From Nanohaloarchaea archaeon B1-Br10_U2g1 (GTDB lineage: Archaea > Nanohalarchaeota > Nanosalinia > Nanosalinales > Nanosalinaceae), in contig LKMN01000011.1 in assembly GCA_001563875.1 (NCBI GenBank), positions 1 through 20,167 on the forward strand: DNA of 20,167 nucleotides, read 5' to 3'. The notes under the pieces were generated by a model. That model searched no databases. It was not told the origin of the DNA and saw nothing but the letters and a program-made list of their open reading frames with translations. Position numbers and translations under genes: made by a program. Position 1 is the stretch's first letter. Each line of letters starts with the position of its first letter. Of the stretch, positions 16,683 to 20,167 are shown piece by piece.

Positions 16683-18678
16683 TCCATATCACCAAGTCTA
16701 CCGATGCAGGACCCCAGATATATGGCTGGTCTCCTGTAGTTATCTCATCTGTTTCGATATCTGTTGCTTCCGCGTAATCACCCATAACTTCCTGCAAACG
16801 TTTCTCAGAGTCCTCTACTGCTTCTTCCTCTGTCTCAAAGAGATCTCCCAGACCTACCTGTGACGGAACTCTGACAGTCGTTTCTAGAGAGGACTCCGGT
16901 ACAAACTGAACTGTTGATTCTCCGTTTGAATGTTCGTAGTCCTCCATTCTTATCGTGTTTTCTCCGGGAGTCGAGTAGAACTCAGGATCGATGTAAAGGC
17001 TTGAGGGAACCGATCTCGCTAGCTCTGATCTGAACGCCTCCTTTTCAGTACCGTCGAAAGGGTCAACCCCTACCTCTATACTGGCACTGAAAAGTTTTCC
17101 TATATGTAGGAAGCTACTCTGTACATCTCTTTCGAACTCCTCCGTGTAATGCTTAGGATTTTCTGTACTACCTCCCACCTCTTCAGTCGTTGTCACATCT
17201 ATCTCTCCAAAGACCAGTCCTGAAGCATCTTGAGAGTAAGATGTATCTACAGAGGAGTAGTTCTCTTCATCAGTATAGCTCCCAACTATATGTGTTTCCT
17301 CTGTTCCCCATGTACAGTCCGCATAAGAGTTGAAGTAGGCTGTTACAACATTAGTTCCTTCTACCACGTCCAGATCATCCTCATCCATATCAAAGTCCAG
17401 GTATACCTCGCCATCATCCGGCGCTCCACTTGTATAAAGCTCTTCATCATTAAAGTAGACCATTATATCTGATACCGTCTCTCCTCTACAGGTCTCATCG
17501 AAATGGTCGTCGTTCCAGCCATCTCCAGAACCGAAGAAGCCGTCGGTATCCGCAACATGGCTCTCATAGACCTGATCTATATCTTCCGCTCTTAAGCTGA
17601 ATGATACCTCCTCCACTTCAGAGCCTTCAGGTATCTCAAACATGTTTACTGCAAAACCACCGGTCTTACTGCCTCCTTGTTCTTCAGCCACCATATCGTT
17701 GAACGGTATCGACTGCGTTTTGAGATCTGATGCTTCTTCAGTAGCAACGTCCTCAAACTCTACCTCCATACGCATACCCGGATGGAGATAGGCTCCGTAC
17801 TCCTGGTTACTGAAACGCATCTCTACAGTGTTTTCACCTTCCTCCAAGTTATCAACTATAGCATCTCCTTCAATAGTTCCATAGGCTGCGGTGCCTCTAT
17901 CGTCGAAACCGTCGCAGTCTCTCTGTCTGTGATCCTCTTCAAACTCAGACTGTATATTCTGTCCGTTTATGAAAAGCTGCTGGAAATCAGCCTCGTTACA
18001 GCCATAATGAACTGATACGTGTAGCGTTGCATCTTTAACTGATTCGACCTCTTCAAGATCGAACTGTCTTCTTATCCATAGGTCTCCGCCCTCTCTTGCT
18101 CCGCCCATAGGAGGGAACGTATAGACTTCTGTCTGATTAGTAGTGGCTTCTGTGGCCCGGGCTCTTGCTGTAAACCCCTCGCTGGGTTCGTCAATCCTGT
18201 GTCCTGAAATTAAACGAGATGTGCTTGCAGCTATACTCGGGTTTTCAGGTAGCTCCGATGTTTCATATACAGTGGTTTCGTTTTCCTCAGTTATTCTAAG
18301 CTGGTACTCGTAGTCATCGTCTATCTTGGAGTCGAAGTAGTTTTCAACTGTTTTTTCAGCATAGTCGAACTCTCTGTTCGCCCACATAAAAGTTATTCCA
18401 TCTACAATATTTCGTTCGAGATCATCCTCTTCCATCTCTGTGTTTTCTAAAAGTTCTTCTTGTTCTGAAGAGCTGAAAGCCTCTACAAAACTCTCCTGAG
18501 AAGCTATCTGAAGGCTGTCCTGTCCTGTTGTTGAAGCATCGGTGTAGACCACGGATTCAGCCCCTAAAGGATCCGATGTTATATCTGAAGACTGCGCTAC
18601 TAGGGTCAGAACCCCTATCATTACAGTCAAAGCTAGAAATGAGTCGAAAGAGAAGTAGAATCCTTTACTCTTAGTCAT
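16675..18678 (-). CDS. Large minor pilin / putative tip adhesin (667 aa)
   Basis: KSKG|FYFSFDSFLALTVMIGVL; ATG at 18678 in ATGA overlap with the upstream stop; acidic beta-rich ectodomain with three GxNT-like modules. Confidence 0.8.
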   Translation of the reverse strand: MTKSKGFYFSFDSFLALTVMIGVLTLVAQSSDITSDPLGAESVVYTDASTTGQDSLQIASQESFVEAFSSSEQEELLENTEMEEDDLERNIVDGITFMWANREFDYAEKTVENYFDSKIDDDYEYQLRITEENETTVYETSELPENPSIAASTSRLISGHRIDEPSEGFTARARATEATTNQTEVYTFPPMGGAREGGDLWIRRQFDLEEVESVKDATLHVSVHYGCNEADFQQLFINGQNIQSEFEEDHRQRDCDGFDDRGTAAYGTIEGDAIVDNLEEGENTVEMRFSNQEYGAYLHPGMRMEVEFEDVATEEASDLKTQSIPFNDMVAEEQGGSKTGGFAVNMFEIPEGSEVEEVSFSLRAEDIDQVYESHVADTDGFFGSGDGWNDDHFDETCRGETVSDIMVYFNDEELYTSGAPDDGEVYLDFDMDEDDLDVVEGTNVVTAYFNSYADCTWGTEETHIVGSYTDEENYSSVDTSYSQDASGLVFGEIDVTTTEEVGGSTENPKHYTEEFERDVQSSFLHIGKLFSASIEVGVDPFDGTEKEAFRSELARSVPSSLYIDPEFYSTPGENTIRMEDYEHSNGESTVQFVPESSLETTVRVPSQVGLGDLFETEEEAVEDSEKRLQEVMGDYAEATDIETDEITTGDQPYIWGPASVDLVIWSE

Positions 18679-19175
18679 CGCCACACCAAATACTCTAGTT
18701 CTGCATTCATGGTTTTATCTGAGCTATTGAAGAGAATATTCCTGCTTACAGGCACTACCACCATAGGATTTTCAGGCTCTTCCCCAAAGCTGTACTTCTC
18801 TCCGTCTATCTCAACAATCTCTCCTTCAGCATCTCTGATATTGATCATATAATTGTTGGATAGCAGAAGCCGGTTCTGCTCATCGTAACTTATCTCGTCC
18901 CACTCCTCTAGCTTCTCTTTCTCTATCACGTTTTCAGAGGACGCGAAGCCAGGTATCTCAACATTACTAGAGTTCCAGTCGTAAGGGTATCCTGGGGTAT
19001 TAACAAGAAATGTTGCAGTGTTCTGAGCCTCAGACATTTTTTGATTCTCTACAGTTAAACGGCTCTCATCCGATATAACGGCGTTCCAAGAGTAGAAAAA
19101 GATCGATATCAGCACAGCAAAAACCACCAGACTAGCCAAGAAATCGGGCATGAAAGCCTGTCCTTTATCTCTCAA
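18675..19175 (-). CDS. Minor pilin
   Basis: TTG start with a GGGGTG SD; DKG|QAFMPDFLASLVVFAVLI and a TPGYPYDW motif. Confidence 0.82.
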   Translation of the reverse strand: MRDKGQAFMPDFLASLVVFAVLISIFFYSWNAVISDESRLTVENQKMSEAQNTATFLVNTPGYPYDWNSSNVEIPGFASSENVIEKEKLEEWDEISYDEQNRLLLSNNYMINIRDAEGEIVEIDGEKYSFGEEPENPMVVVPVSRNILFNSSDKTMNAELEYLVWR

Positions 19176-19563
19176 CGATAAACACCCCGGTCTGATTATG
19201 TTTTACTTCAAAGATACTCTGTGAATCATCTACTTGCAGAGATATACTATCCTGATATCTTGTCGAGGATATAACCTGTTCGTCTCTATACTCTACAACT
19301 ATTGTTCCTCCAGTTGATGTGAGGTTGTAACTACTTCCTCCAATATTGGATGGCAGGTTAAAAACCCGGGAGTAACCTTCTCCCTGTACTAGAGCCATCT
19401 CTAGCTCGAATCCTATAGTTTCAGCGGCCTGTTGAGCAGTTATAGAAGACTGTTCTTCATATGTATCAAACTGTTTGGAGGTTAGAACCCCGTAAAGTCC
19501 TGCAAGAACTATCATTAGGAGTGAAATCATAGCGAGGAACTCCATTGAGCTCTGTCCTTTCAG
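19165..19563 (-). CDS. Minor pilin with probable non-canonical (CTG) start
   Basis: In-frame CTG-AAA-GGA-CAG-AGC-TCA-ATG-GAG gives (M)KG|QSSMEFLAMISLL. The ORF-track start at 19545 would remove the class III cleavage site. Confidence 0.8.
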   Translation of the reverse strand: MKGQSSMEFLAMISLLMIVLAGLYGVLTSKQFDTYEEQSSITAQQAAETIGFELEMALVQGEGYSRVFNLPSNIGGSSYNLTSTGGTIVVEYRDEQVISSTRYQDSISLQVDDSQSIFEVKHNQTGVFIVER

Positions 19564-19967
19564 GATACAGGTACCACCTCCACACCGTCTGACGTCGCCT
19601 CAGTTCTTATCATATGGTTGCCAGAACTCTCAGGTAGTTCGCCGGAGACGTTAATATCAAATGTTCTGAAATGTCTTGAGGTTCCATGAGGAGTATTAAC
19701 CTCTATTATAGTTGCATTTTCTTCTATACTAGTCGAATTTAGGTTAGCGGGGAGCTCTACCGGAAAGGTTCTTACAGCAGGCTCTCCAGAGGCACTTACA
19801 GTATCTATTGCAACCTCTATATCGTCAAGAGTGCTTTGAAGCGCTATATTACTTGTACCCTGTCTTAACTCGTTGATAGCGTCATGAGCCTCTACAATAA
19901 ATGGTGCCGAAACCAGCAACGCGATGCCAAAAACTGTCATATACTCTATTGCCGCCTGTCCTTTCAC
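19560..19967 (-). CDS. Minor pilin (Q+1/E+5 class)
   Basis: GTG start, MKG|QAAIEYMTVFGIALLV; minus-strand TATA TTTTAA at 19994-19989. Confidence 0.88.
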   Translation of the reverse strand: MKGQAAIEYMTVFGIALLVSAPFIVEAHDAINELRQGTSNIALQSTLDDIEVAIDTVSASGEPAVRTFPVELPANLNSTSIEENATIIEVNTPHGTSRHFRTFDINVSGELPESSGNHMIRTEATSDGVEVVPVS

Positions 19968-20069
19968 AGTTTAACTTTTTCTTAAGGGTTAAAATCAACT
20001 TTCCTCTTTCAGCTTTCACTTTTGACTAACAACACTTTTTTTAAATGGAAGGACTGTCTCTTTTTAAAT

Positions 20070-20167
20070 ATGACAAACATTCTCTGGTTCGACAATATAA
20101 ACGCGGAAGACACCGGCCGAGTAGGAGGAAAAAGCGCCAATCTAGGAGAGTTACAAAACAAGGTCGA
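20070..20167 (+). CDS. ppsA: Phosphoenolpyruvate synthase (pyruvate,water dikinase), 5' partial
   Basis: MTNILWFDNINAEDTGRVGGKSANLGEL matches the VGGKxANLGE N-terminal signature; TATA TTTTTTAAA at 20037-20045. Confidence 0.85.
   Translation, partial: MTNILWFDNINAEDTGRVGGKSANLGELQNKV

Noticed and set aside
16660-18015. Short plus-strand ORFs 16660-16863, 17230-17472 and 17782-18015
   Set aside because: They are antisense to the large pilin-like genes and show no recognisable motifs.
1-20167. Provirus, conjugative element or other mobile element
   Set aside because: No integrase, transposase, relaxase, capsid gene or flanking direct repeats seen; the locus is interleaved with housekeeping genes (SRP RNA, hef, ppsA).

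Overview
This is a gene-dense, AT-rich archaeal window with TATA boxes about 22-26 bp upstream of many apparently leaderless genes. Its Glu/Lys-rich cytoplasmic proteins and very acidic surface proteins are most consistent with a halophilic DPANN archaeon such as Nanohaloarchaeota (inference). The left part holds an SRP RNA with an Alu domain that appears to lack helix 6 and has a UGAC helix-8 tetraloop. It is followed by a TraB-family protein, a PD-(D/E)XK resolvase-like nuclease, a degenerate M50-like membrane protein, a stand-alone HerA/DUF87 ATPase coupled to a membrane protein, Hef, a short DUF460-like protein and an archaeosortase. The right part (7.36-19.97 kb) is a complete archaeal type IV pilus locus. 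It has seven class III signal-peptide proteins, an A24 prepilin peptidase, a TadA/CpaF-type ATPase, two TadC/T2SSF platform proteins, two coiled-coil proteins and an antisense 3-TM gene. The window ends in the 5' end of PEP synthase. The best candidate for an undescribed system is the pilus locus lying next to a HerA ATPase/membrane pair and branched-DNA enzymes, reminiscent of Ups/Ced DNA exchange; this rests on gene context only. All family calls are from motif recognition, not database searches.
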